Source: Mobula birostris (Eukaryota). Taken from it: 64,000 nucleotides of DNA. A model generated the notes under the pieces. That model had not been told where the DNA came from. It searched no databases and worked only from the letters and a program-made list of their open reading frames with translations. Position 1 is the stretch's first letter. Each line of letters begins with the position of its first letter. The stretch spans positions 57,604,581 through 57,668,580 of the forward strand of contig NC_092388.1 of NCBI RefSeq assembly GCF_030028105.1, in the 5' to 3' direction. Below, in pieces: positions 51,233 to 64,000 of this stretch. The position numbers and the translations under genes were made by a program.

Positions 51233-54200
51233 CTTTCAATTGCTTTTCATAGCAAGTAGTTGAGGCTAAGGGTGTTCAGGGAATCACTGGGTGAGCACGT
51301 TGATGCGATACTAATAGAATTTCCTGGTTTAAGTAACGTTGGCACATCTATAAAATGTATTTGCAATATGCCAAGTAAATTTAAAATGGTGTGTGTGGCA
51401 AGTATTATTGAAACAAACAAGTGCTGGTAACTATTGACGATCATCCCGACTTGGGTTATTGTAAACTTTTTAAAAGGAAATTGTTTTCTATTACATTTTG
51501 ATATGTTGACTTCTGTTAGAGTTCATTATGTTAGGGAAAGGGGTGCATTTTATACTTTAGCGTCCCAGAGCTTTGCAGAATTGCAGCAAGTGTCTTTGCA
51601 CACAGAGTCTAATAATCCATGCCTGCTGTGATCCAGAAGCGTAGAACATCTTTGCAGAAATTCTTTACATACATTATGCTTGAACGAAGTTCTGTAGTAG
51701 AAGCACTGTACAGAAAATTACCCTGGCATTAGAAATTATATATTTTTTTACATTCTGCAACCAGAAGGCAGAGTTTACTATGCAATGTGTGTGTAATATC
51801 AGTTGTTTTCACAATGGAGTGACATAAAGGAATTATTTGTAATGTGAAGCATATAGATTTCTTGGTGCCTGATTGTTGAATACACCACTGGAGCATGCTT
51901 GGCTGCAGGATGCTTAGCTGCCCTTTTAACAAGTGCATTTCAAGAGGGCACCTAATGAAAATGATAACGTTTTAATTAAAAGCTGTTTTAAAGTAGTCAT
52001 TTAAATAACCAATAGTGATATTGAAATTTGTCTGCTGTCGTAAGCATTACGCACGCAATGTGGTATGGTAATTACATTGGATTCTGCTTCTGAATTGTTA
52101 TTACACCCCAACTTTGTTTGAAAATAACAAAAGATGGTTTTCCACCTCAGTATGTTTTACAGTCTTGTGTAATAGTGTACTGGTTTGATACCTAAGGGAA
52201 CACAAATTGAAATTTGGCATTCATTTTAAACCAGAATTTGAAATTAAGATGAAATGAATAGAAAGGTGACCGTGAAGCTATTGTAGTGTTGAAGGAACAT
52301 GACATTGTCATGTTTTAAAGCTAATATGACCACTGACCCAAACCCTCCAAACTATTCTGATCCTGATGGCCTGCAAAAACTATTTGTAACCCAATCCTAA
52401 AATTTCCTGGTTCCCCAATCCAACTTGTGAGGTCCTGATCCACCCCTCCTTGTTGCGTTACCCCATTGTGACTGGGATATGTTTCCTTGCACATTAGTGG
52501 AGCCCATGAAGAAAGCTATCAAATTTTTGTCTTGTTGCACATCACCAAATGATTTCAAGCCTTTCCAGGTGCCATTTATTTTCTAGGCTGCTAAATGCAC
52601 TGTTGGTAGAAAATGTGGTTAATATGTTACCCCAGGCCACACTAATGTGATTACCTGTGATCTGACATATTAAGCATGCCACTCGGACAGTCAGAGGTGA
52701 GGAAAGCTCATTACCTATGAATGGAATTGGGAATGGAGAGTCAATCAATACCAGCCTTGCCTACAATGGTGGTGCTAGTGTGTCATTTATTTGCTGCATA
52801 ACTTACTTTCTTCAATACAAATATCAATTGATGCTTGTATATCTAAACAAAAACTTTAAGTAGGCAAAGTTCACTCATGCAAGAGTTGTGCTAAAGCCTG
52901 GACAATGGATGAACGCTTCATTCTTTGCATCCAGGCTCAAAATTTATCTATCTACAATTTCTTTTGAAAGCCATCACATCCTAGAATAACATTTTCAAGA
53001 TTTAAATGCTTAAGAATTTTATAAAGAACCTGTGAGCTTGAAGAGCAAAGGGGTAGTTACAGCATATGTTTCGTCTGTTAATCATCCCACAGTCAGTCCG
53101 ATTATCTGGTCATTATTTGTCATCACAAATTGGCTACCATGACCACACTGAGTAACTTCAGAATTGGCTGAAAATTTTTTGAGACACCCTGGGGTTGTGA
53201 CAGGAACTATGTAAGGTCAAGTATTTCAGTAACATGAAGTTCTGGTAAGCTGGGCTATTTAAACATTTTTTATTATATACTACAGATAATGCTAATAAAA
53301 CAGTGATTCTTTTCATGATAGAAGGCACTTTTCTCCTTTTTATTGCCTCTTTAGAGAAAGAAAAATTATATTTTCAAGAATTTAAAGGCAAGGGTGTTTG
53401 AAACAGGCAGGTGGAACCTGATTTGTATTTGAAACATGGTGTTATTGGTACAGTACACTGGAAAACATTGCCTTCTTTGCCTTCCTCAAACATGCCACTG
53501 TGATCGTCTAATGTAGCAGTATATGCTAAGATCCAAACCAAAGTCACACAGCTCTCTGTCTCCCCTATCCATTCATATTCTGGCATTGAGAAGGTGCAAT
53601 CACAAGGGAGTACACGGATAGGCACAAAAATGTGTTGAGCAGTCTGGCACTGAATATTCCTTTACAAATCCAATTGCGGGAATGAGAGTTCTGCAAAAAG
53701 TTTTGTTTAACTTTTGGCAACAAAGCTAATTATAAATTACCTATGTGGGTCATGAAGACAGAAGCATAAAAATGCTTTGATTTTTTTCCCCTGAAAATAC
53801 TTACTTCGAAATAAATTGGGTATTCAGATTAATTCCTGAATATTCTGCATTGAATTTGCTAGTGAGAAATCTTGCCAAATTCTAATAATTTTGTCCTGAA
53901 TTAATAGCTATTTTTGCTCATTGGAGAAAATATTAGTTAGGAATATTACTGTAAAATACCTTTATTGATTAAAAAATTATTCAAAAATTATCTACTTTGG
54001 TCAACTTAAAGGTACATGCTGTGAAGTGCCAAAGGGAGCCATAAGGTAGTTGAGCTCTTTAGCTTTGTTGACTGGCTTTGGAGGTGTCATCTAATTTGTT
54101 TCTAGTAGTAAATTTATAATCAGTAAGAATAAGAAAGCAGGGTCCATTTCTATGCTGGAACGTTCTAATGATGACTGGAGGGCATTGGGGTATGTTTAAG

Positions 54201-57200
54201 TAAGCTTCGAACAGTTTCTATTGCAATATTACCATATTTTTACATCAAAATGAATGTGTAAGATAATGCAGCTTTATACAATAAACTAATAAAGGTGATG
54301 ACCTATACCCTATACCAAAATAAAGACTCCAAGCAGTGCAGACGGACAGAACTACTCCCAAACCCTAATTATATTGCTTATCGATTAAAGTAGTATAAAA
54401 GTCAAAGATTTAAATATGGATTTGGTGATCACAAATTGAGGCTGACTCACATGCTATTCAAACAGCAATTTTCTAACTTGCGTCTGTACAATTTACAATT
54501 AAATCTATAACAAATTAAGAGCAAATTAATGAAATGTGGACTCCAGTTAAATATAATGCTTGAATTCCATAAAACAGTTCTTGGCTGTGAATGAATGTAC
54601 TCACTCAAAGAACTCGCTACATTTGTATTTGAAATTCAATGTTATTAATGATCAGATGAAAATTAATATTCATGACTAAATGCATTGATAATGTTTTTTG
54701 AAATGTTGCATTTATGAACAGAGGAGACGTTTGTGAAATCCCTATGTTATTTATGGTCATGTGTTTTTAGCATGAATATCTGTATATATGCAGGAAAGAT
54801 ATTTATCAAGGTTAAAAAAATTAAGTAGAAGAGACTGTACAAAATTTATATTTTCTATATAATAGATGACAGACCAAAACATTCTTAGTATGTTAAATAC
54901 TATTATTTAAAATATGCATAAAACAATGAGATTTTAAGATCCATTGTACTGTGAAAAGAGTTAAAAACACTATTGTTAGTTAAGATTAGTCTATGCATGT
55001 CTCTGTTGGACATAGCTTGTACTTTTTTGTTATGCTACCTAATTGTGCTTTCTGTCTGGGATTTCTGATATGTGCAGCTTGTAATATGCAAATGATTCTG
55101 TTACTGTTTTTGCAGAGTGTCCTGGTGAGTTTTCTAATGACTCATGCCCTCATTTACATACATCCAAAGGAATATTGCTCACTGAATGGATAATCAGAAA
55201 TGGTATCATGTCTTTGAAGAGAATGCAATCAACTTTATTATAAATCTTTGTATGCTTAGGACACTAGAGCTTAGAAATTGGATCCATTACCACATGTTTT
55301 TCAGGTGCAAAGTGATTTTACCAAGGATAGATGGTACTAGTAATCATTCTTGGGTGAATGCACTCTCAATGTAAAATATCTGTATTTTCCTGGCGCATTT
55401 AAATATGCCATAAGCAACACATGGCATTTTCTCTCTTATTGACAATTCCTGCTGTACACACTTAGAACATCTAGAAAATACATTCAGCTACTTTATTACA
55501 TTTGAGTATTTTTTAAAGGGATACTCTGTGGGCATTAGGTAGACTGAACTCATTGAAGACTATCTCTCAAAGGCCACAGGATGTGCTTAAACTAACAGCA
55601 AATGCTTCCCCAGTTTGTAACTGCTGAGATATTCCACAGTTGCCTCACTGGTGACATTGCTGACTCTATTTGATCTTTTCTGCTGAAGCACGGCAAAGTC
55701 TAGCAATGCCAGCGGCTGTCACACAAATATCACTTATCTCTGCACAATTACTTATATTATTTCTCCCAAAATCAGAAATGTTTCCACACAAATAGTACCT
55801 TCAAGACTTTGTATCCCAAAAATGGTGTAAATATTGTAAATCAGAACATCTTCAGTAAAAGTACTGAAAATTACTACTGTCTTTCCAAGTTAATGAAGTT
55901 TAGGATGTCTGATAATCTCATTGTCTCCCATTGGCTACAGGAAAGCTCCCCTATCCCTTGGAGTTACATGGAAACTTGGGCTGAAATCAGACTGTCACCC
56001 ATGGCTGGTGGTGAGGCATAGGTGAGAGTGCAAGCTGAGAGACAGTAGTGGGCAGTAACTCGGACCCTGCATGAGGGGAGTGCTCAGGTGACTGCAATAT
56101 TATTCCAATTTAAAGACCCAGAACTATGGCAACTAACAGACCCTGTTGTTCCAAGTTTTTTCCCTTGGAGTCAGCTCTTTGCCCGACTGGAGCAGGACTT
56201 GGCTCACAGTTGTGAAAGAGGTGAGAGGACGAGGCAACAGAGCTGTGATCTGTAAAAGAGAGAAAAGTTCCTGGGTGTTATTTTTCTGTGGGAGAGTGAT
56301 GTACGTATGCATGGGATTTCCCTGCTCTATACAGCAGAGCACTCTGATCACATATCTCTCTTCACAGAAAAACTCAGTGCTGTCATGTAGCATCTCTTCA
56401 CTCCTGGGGAGAAATGAGCTGCTCATGGTTGGCATTGTACCCACTGAGAGCAGTAAGCCCCCTTTGAATAGCAGGATGAAAGTAAACGAGGATGTTCAGC
56501 TGATTCCTGATGGTTTATTGCTGTTCCCTTACAGGTTTGAAGCAGGTCCTGTGTAGCTGAGTGGTGAAGCTACATTGCAGCAGTCAATAGAACAATTAGA
56601 TATGGTTGACATGCCAATGCAGTAGATGTAATTTAACTGTGTGTGCATTCAATAGAGTCTCTAAATGAGAGTGTACTATTCCTGTACTAGTGTACTAGGA
56701 CTTGTCTACACAAGACCACCACTGCCACCTCCTGCCATGTCTTTCTGATTTTTCTAATTTTTTTTGGAACCTGTGGCAGGGCTGGCACTTACTGCCAAGA
56801 TTTCCAGCACCTGCAGATTTTCTCTGATTTTTGCTCATTGCCAATCCATGATTTCCCCTTGACAAGGTGGTGATGACAACTGACCAGCTTGATTGGCCAT
56901 TGCACTCAAGAGAGGATCATATGATGTGGATGTAGAGCCACGCACGACCTAGACTGGTAAAGATGGTAGGTTTCCTTAGGTCATTGTCACTGAGTCCAGC
57001 AGCTATCCTTGTTCCAATTTTTAGTTGTTAACTAAATTTAAATTCCACAGCACCCTTGTTGGATTTGAACTCAGGCTTCTGTAATAACAGTCTGATGGCA
57101 TTGCTACTGTTTGACCTGAATACTGTGGTTGGGCCCCTGAATGGTGTCCTGGCACCCCCTCCTGACAGAGGATCTCCTTTCTGGGCTTGGTTATAAGAAT

Positions 57201-57790
57201 GATCTTGCTCAGTACAATGTGGAGCTCTGTCCTCCTCTTCTGCAATTAGTCTCCACCAGGGGAGCTGGTGTCTAGCTGCCATGGGAAATGCCCTGATCCC
57301 CTTGCTAATTGGTGCAGAGCAGATTGTTATCACCTGTTGACTATCGGGCCTCCATTTTAGCACATGATCCTGAGGGAAACTTTTATAGCGCAGCTTCTAA
57401 ATTCTTCTAAGGAATTTAACAATATTTCCTGGGGTATCTAATAGGAAAGTAGCACTATATCCACCACATGTTTAAAATCCAATTTCTAAGCATTGTTGTC
57501 CTGTGGATTATAAATTCAGATTACTTTGTGTCTGAGTTGTAATTATAGATTGATTCTAGTAAAATTAGTACAATGTCATCAAAAGCCTATTATCAATTTT
57601 TAGGCTTCTATTATACTAAGGTAGCAATGGGCAAACTTGTGATTCAATCTAGTTGTGTACTCTCTGAACTGTATTAAATATTCCTTTATTGTAATGACAG
57701 CATGAAGCATTGCTCTGTATATATTGCATTATTGTTGATAAAGTTAAAACAAAATGTTTCCCTCTGATAAAAATAAAAAGAATTAAAAGA
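51233..57790 (+). other. Probable long GFOD1 3'UTR
   Basis: AT-rich and free of large LINE insertions, unlike the flanks. AATAAA at ~53295, ~54280-54325 and 57772-57777. The end point is inferred. Confidence 0.5.
57772..57777 (+). terminator. Candidate distal polyadenylation signal
   Basis: AATAAA at the end of an A/U-rich tract, preceded by TGTA motifs (e.g. tgtatata 57716-57723). Confidence 0.4.
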
Positions 57791-58483
57791 ATTTCTATTT
57801 TAAGCAAATGGACTTGGTGCTTGTAAAATGCCTGGCTACAGCATTTTCAGTAGTGGAGCTTTTCTCTTGCAGTCCCTCTTAAACTTGTCACTACAGAGAT
57901 GTTTGTGGTTACAGTTCAATACATTGGGCATCTGGATGCAAATTCCACCAGCACTTTACATGAGGAAAACCAACCTATTGTTGGTGATTGGATGATTGAT
58001 TACTATTAGCGTTTATACTGATTTTACTGGTGTTTGGTGCTTTATAAAGTTCTTTAAAGTTGCTGACATCTGCAGTATGTGGTGTAATGTATCTGCTGTA
58101 GGGGACATATAAATTCTAGTAATTACGTTTAAGTATATCAATATTTCAACCAGCAATTTTTAGTACTATCAGCTCCTTATGTAACAATAATTTGTCTATT
58201 TTTTGAAATAAGTAACAAACTGTTTTAATGGGAAATGTGGAGGGAAGAAGTATGATTAACAAAAATGATCAGAAAGTTGGTTAAAAGAAAACTTACTATA
58301 GAGATGGAAAGTGAGAAACAAACAGGAAGGGCAATGGGAGCTTTAGGAAGACACTTTAAAAGTCTAGAGTAAAGACAATTGTTTCAGAGAAAGGTGCATT
58401 AATAATACAGTTCTGATGTACTGTTTTGCTGAAATCAATGTTATTGCAGAAAATGGAGGTGGTTAAGTGCTTGAGCACCTGAA

Positions 58484-60425
58484 ACCATAAGACCATGAGA
58501 CATAGGAGCAAGATTAGGCCATTCAGCCCATTGAGTCTCCTCTGCCATTCCATCATGGCTGATTTATTATCCTTCTCAATCCCATTCTCCTGGCTTCTCC
58601 CCATAATCTTTGAAGCCCTGTCACGTTAGCTATATCTAATCAAGAACCTAGTAACCTCTGCCTTAAGTATACCCAATGACTTGGCCTGCACGGCTGTCTG
58701 TGGCAATTAATTCCACAGATTTAACAACATCTGGCTAAACAATTTTTCCTAATCTCTGTTCTAAATGATCATCCCTGAGGCTGTGCTTTCTGGTTCTAGA
58801 CTCCCCCTCTATAGGAAACATCCTTACCCCATCCACTCTATCTAAGCCTTTCTGTATTTGATAGGTTTCATTGGGATCCTCCTTCATTCTTCAAAACTTC
58901 ATCGAGTACAGGCCCAGAGCCATCAAACACTCCTCATACATTAACAAGAGAAAATCTGCAGATGCTAGAAATGCAAGCAATACACACAAAATGCTGAAGG
59001 AACTCGGCAGGACAGGCAGCATCTATAGAAAAGAGTCAGGTCCTAATGAAGGGTCTCAGTCCGAAACGTTGACTGTTTACTCCTCATACATTAACCCTTT
59101 CATTCCTGGGATAATTCTTGTGAGCCTCCTCTGGACCCTCTCCAATGTCAGCCCATCTTTTCTTACATGAAGGATACAAAACTGTCATCTCTAAGTGTGA
59201 TCTGACCAATGCCTTATAAAACTGCAGTACTACATCCTGCATTTGCTAACATTGTAATTGCCTTCCTCACCACAAACTCAACCTGCAAGTTAACCTTTAG
59301 GGAATCTTACATAAGGACTCCCAATTCCCTTGGCATCTCTGATTTTTGAATTTTTCTCACCATTTAGGAACTAGTCCATGACTCTATTCCTTGTACTAAA
59401 GTGCATGAACATACACTTCACTGCATTATATTCCATCTGCCACTTCTTTGATCATATCTGTCTAGGTCCTTCTACAGACATCCTGCTTCCTCAACACTAT
59501 CCGACACTGCATCTATCTTAATATCATCTGCAAACTTCACCACAAACTCATCAGTTCCTTTATCCATTTCATTGACATATGATGTGAAAAGCAATGGTCT
59601 CAACACTGACTCCTACAACACGCCACTACTCACCGCCAACTATCCAGAACAGACCCCTATTATTCTCACTCTTTTCCTCCTGCCAGTCAGCCAATCTTCT
59701 GTCTATGTTAGTACCTTTCCTGTAATACCATGGAGCTTTATCTTTCTAATTATCTGGAAACAGGAAGGGCCATGTGACTTACAATATCTACCTTCAGGCT
59801 TTTTAGCTTCCCAAGAATCTTCTCCTTAGCAATTGCAATGGCACTCATTCTGCCCCCAACACTCTTGCATTTCTTCCATTCTCCTAATGTCTTCCACAGT
59901 GAAGATTGACGGAAAATACTTATTAAGTTTCTTCACCATTTCTTTGTTCCCACTGTTATCTCTGCACATCATTTTCCAGTGATAAGCACTCTCGTCATTT
60001 TCCAGTGATAAGCACTCTCGTCTATCTTTTACTCTTTATCTGAAAGAAATCTTTTTGTATCTTCTTTTATGTTATTGGCTAGCTTACCTTAATATTTCAT
60101 CTTTCTCTCTTAATCGCTTTTTCAGTTGCCTTCTGTTGGTTCCCAATCGTCTACCTTCCCATTATTTTTTGCTATATTATATGGCTTCTCTTTTGCTTTT
60201 ATGCTACCTTTGACTTCTTTTGTCTGCTACAGTTGCTCCATCCTCCCTTTAAATACTTCTTCATTATTGGATGTATCTTTTCTGCACCTCTTGAATTTCC
60301 TCCAGAGACAGCAGCCATTGCTGTTCTGCCATCATCCCTGCTTGTGTCTCCTTCCATTCAACTTTGGCTAGCTCCTCTCTCATGCCTCTTTAATTCCCTT
60401 TACTCCACTGTAATACTGATACATC
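58484..60425 (-). mobile_element. Degenerate CR1 LINE (antisense to GFOD1)
   Basis: Begins with tail ccataagaccatgagacataggagc. atcatctgcaaactt (KFADD) at ~59522. Colinear with 27005-29370. Confidence 0.88.
58946..59078. mobile_element. 133-bp bipartite Penelope terminal-repeat insertion with 17-bp TSD
   Basis: actcctcatacattaac at 58929-58945 and 59079-59095. Contains an antisense terminal repeat plus sense gtcctaatgaagggtctcagtccgaaacgttgactg. Confidence 0.88.
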
Positions 60426-60449
60426 CACTTTTAGCAAGTGGAATTAGCC

Positions 60450-60988
60450 AAGGTTACCCAACATAGATTGGGAGACCACTTCGCCAAGCATCTGCGCGCC
60501 ACCTGCCAGAACAAGCAGGATCTCCCAGTGGCCACCCATTTTAATTCCACATCCCATTCCCATTCGGATATGTCCATCAATGGCCTCCTCCATTGTCATG
60601 ATGAGGCCACACTTAGGTTGGAGGATCAACACCTTGTATTCCATTTGGGTAGCCTCCAACCTGATGACATGAACATCGATTTCTCAAACTTTCAGTAATA
60701 CCCCCCCCCAACACCCCCTTCTCCATTTCCCATCCCCTTTGCCCTCTCACCTCATCTTGCCTGCCCATCACCTCCCTCTGGTGCTCTTTCCTTTTTCTTT
60801 CTTCGATGGCCTTCTGTCTCTTTCACCAATCAACTTCCCAGCTCTTTACTTCATCCCTCCCCCTCCAGGTTTCACCAATCATCTGGTGGTTCACTATCCC
60901 CTCCCCCACCTTTTAAATCTACTCCTCAGCATTTTTTACCCAGTCCTGCTGAAGGGTTTCAGCCCAAAACGGCAACTGTACTTTTTGC
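60450..60988 (+). mobile_element. Penelope 3' fragment (GIY-YIG C-terminus + terminal repeat up to a degenerate hammerhead)
   Basis: HRLGDHFAKHLRATCQNKQDLPVATHFNS...RLEDQHLVFHLGSLQPDDMNIDFSNF* and cagtcctgctgaagggtttcagcccaaaacggcaactg. Confidence 0.85.
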
Positions 60989-61557
60989 CAAGTATACTTA
61001 ACTGTTGTTTCTGTAACAGTGTTGTTTTACCAGTCAGGCTTGTTAGCCCTTAGCTGAACTCCCGAACCTGGAGGATCGGTGGACCACTCTAAGTCTGGCC
61101 TTAACCCTTTGACCTGCTTGGATAGGTGATCCAAACAAGAGCCAAAGCATAAAGCCTTGACTCCAGCCAACATGACCCTGAGGTCATTGTGGCACGCAAG
61201 CCTCCAAACAAGGCTGTGGTCCTCTTGGAGGTTTCCAGTGATGGTCAGGACAATATCTGTTTTGAAATGACATCAAAAGATATTAGAAAATGTGGGGAGA
61301 ATAATGCAGGTACATTAGACACCATAATTTCAATTATCTTTAGAAGAACATGGGGAAGGAGGCAAATGTGTGAACTAACCATCACTGGTCTCTTCTCCCA
61401 GACCAACATCTGCAGCATTTAGCATGTTGAATTCAGCTATGCTCACTAAGTCATGCCATTCACATTCCCAACACCAGACTCCCAGAACAGATACTCTGAG
61501 CTCCACCTTAAATGACAAAGGATTATCAGATGGAAAGAGGAAGCTAACCAAAGATGT

Positions 61558-61868
61558 TCAGAATCAGAATCAGGTTAAATATCACCAACATATGTCATGA
61601 AATTTGTTGACTTTGCAACAGCAGTACAATGCAATACATGACAATAGAGAGAAAAAGAAAACTGAATTACAGTAAATATGTATGTATTAAATAGTTAAAT
61701 TAAAGAAGTAATACAAAAATAGGAAATAAATTAGTGAGGTAGTGTTCATGGATTCAATGTCCATTCAGAAATCAGATGGCAGTGAGGAAGAAGCTGTTCC
61801 TGACTCATTGAGTGTGTGTCTTCAGGCTTCTGCACCTCCTTCCTGATGGTAGCACTGAGAAGAGGTTT
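61558..61868 (-). mobile_element. Rex1/Babar-like 3' end
   Basis: Tail (cagaat)n and gaagaagctgttcctga...ggcttctgcacctccttcctgatggtagc. Confidence 0.7.
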
Positions 61869-62689
61869 TGTCAAAACCTCCTTGAAATTATGTAATGTTC
61901 CCACTGATGCCCAGGAATTCCATTACTGTGTAAAATGGAAGAGTAATGCAAATGGCGTTGAAAATTTCAGAATCATACTTGAAGCTTAGCATAATTGAAG
62001 GCAGCAGATCGGATCTCAAATTACCCACCTACCCACAATAATCCAAAAGATTCTGAAACAGAAAATACTGGAAAAACTCAGAAAATAAATCAGCATCCGT
62101 GGAAAAAAGGATTTTTTAAATTTGGAAAATAGATTGTATTTACGCAATGTAGATAGAGGAAATATGATACAATCAGTACATGCCTTTCTTGACATTGCCA
62201 TCAGATAAACCCATTCACAGGGTCATCATAACTGTAGGTTCTATTTACAAAATGCCGAAGTCATTCATGTGCCCTAATTTATCAATGCACCCATCTTGTG
62301 CTTGTGAGGCTGTTATGTTGAATTCAGCTCCCAGTATCTCAAAACATGACTTTCCCACAAAGCCTTTGGGTTGGCTGCACCAGGCTTCAGCACATACTCC
62401 TGCAGCCTCGAATGTATCAGTCAGCAGCATTCACTTATGGACATCTCATTGTGCTGGGAGACTAACCAATTTTGGACAGACCAAAGTACGTCTTTCACCG
62501 AGTTGGTGGTTTTCCAACAGCACTTGATAAAGAGAGATGGCAGTATGTTTCCAGTGGGACAGAAGATGGGGGAGGGATGTAGAAAACAAAAGGAATGATT
62601 GTGATCAGATATTTACAAGGCTGAATGAACTCATAATGATAAGATGCTTGGACCTGCCTGGCAGCCTAGAATTATGCATGTAATATGTG

Positions 62690-62933
62690 GAGAAACTTCT
62701 TTAGCCAGAGGGTAGTGAATTTGTGGAATTTGTTACCACAGGCAGCTGTGGACGCCAGGTCTTTGAGTGTCTTTAAGATAGAGATTGATAGGTTCTTGAT
62801 TGGACACGGCATCAAAGGTTATGGGTAGAAGGCTAGGGTGTAGGGCTGAACAGGGGGAAAAGGATCAGCCATGATTGAATGGTGGAGCAGACTTGATGGG
62901 CCAAATGGCTTAATTCTGCTCCGATGTCATATG
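62690..62933 (+). mobile_element. CR1 3' end
   Basis: ttctttagccagagggtagtgaatttgtggaat...gatcagccatgattgaatgg...aattctgctcc. Confidence 0.85.
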
Positions 62934-62935
62934 TA

Positions 62936-63992
62936 GACTATAAGACCATAAGACACAGGAGCAGAATTAGCCCATTTAAGCCCATGGAATCTGCGATGCC
63001 ACTTCATCATGGCTGAATCATTTCTCTCTCAACTCCATTCTCCTGCCTTCTGCCTGAAACTTTTCATGCCCTAACTAGTCATGAACCAATCAACTTCAGC
63101 CTTAAATACACCCAATGAACTGGTCTCCATAGCCACCTGTGGTAATGAATAACACAGATTCACTACTCTTTGGCTAAAGAAATTCCTCCTCATCTCCCTT
63201 CTAAATGGAGTTCCCTCTATTTTGACATTGTGCCTTCTTGTCCTAGACTTCCCAATCCTTGGAAACAGCCTTTCCACATCCACTCTGTCTCTCGATAGGT
63301 TTCAATGATATTCCCCCTCATTCTTCTAAATTCCAGTGAGTACAGACCTAGAGCCTTCAATCTCACCTCATAGGATAAGCCTTTCATTCCTGAAATCATT
63401 CTCGTAAACCCTCTCCAACGTCAACTCATCCTTTTCAAATAAGGGGCCCAAAACTGCTCACAATGCTCCAAGTGAGGCCTCACCAGTGTGCATTCCATCC
63501 TTGCTTTTATATTCCAGTTCTCTCAAAATAAATGCTAACATTGCATTTGCCTTCTTCACCACCAACTCAACCTGCAAATTAACCCTTAAGGAATCCCGTG
63601 CAAGGACTCCAAAGTCCCATCACACCTTGGATTTTTGAATTTTCTCCCCATAGGCTTTTATTCGTTCTAACAAAGTGCATGACCATACACTTCCCAGTAT
63701 TGTATTCCATTTGCCACTTTTTTACTCATTCTCTTAATGTGTCCAAGTTTTTCTGCAGTGTCCCTGCTTTTTCAGCACTACCTGCCCCTCCACCTATCTT
63801 CATATGACAGTATCTGCAAACTTGGACACAGAACCATCAATTCCTTCAGCAAAATCAATGACATACAATGTAAAAAGAAGCAGTCCGAACACCAACCCCT
63901 TGCAGAACACCACCAGCAGCCAATCAGAAAGGCTGCCTTTATTCCCAGGCTTTGCCTCCTGCTTATTAGTCACGCTAGTATCTTTCCTGAAA
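62936..63992 (-). mobile_element. CR1 3' fragment
   Basis: GLSYEVRLKALGLYSLEFRRMRG and RRNFFSQRVVNL. Confidence 0.88.
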
Positions 63993-64000
63993 ATCCAAGT

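Noticed and set aside
56133-56556. 103-aa and 136-aa ORFs downstream of GFOD1
   Set aside because: No recognisable motifs, overlapping on opposite strands, and consistent with chance.

Overview
This is eukaryotic vertebrate DNA, most likely from a shark or ray (inferred from the repeat families). The only host gene I can recognise is the terminal coding exon of GFOD1 (+ strand, 50313-51232). It is followed by a ~6.5 kb AT-rich, repeat-poor region that is probably a long 3'UTR. Positions 1-50312 look like one large intron (exon 1 is not in the window) packed with transposon debris: CR1 and Rex1/Babar LINEs, Penelope-like elements, an IR/DR-type Tc1, a Chapaev3-like DNA transposon, an RT-less Gypsy LTR element with nested inserts, tRNA-derived SINEs and minisatellites. 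The most notable signal is a set of minimal type I hammerhead ribozyme motifs (CTGAYGA-A-GGGTCTCGGCCC-GAAAC-GTC) in Penelope terminal repeats. These recur in inverted insertions, two of them bounded by 15-17 bp target-site duplications. One core-intact copy lies on the GFOD1 sense strand opposite its own antisense copy. Family assignments come from remembered motifs, not database searches, and repeat boundaries are approximate unless a TSD or TIR is quoted.
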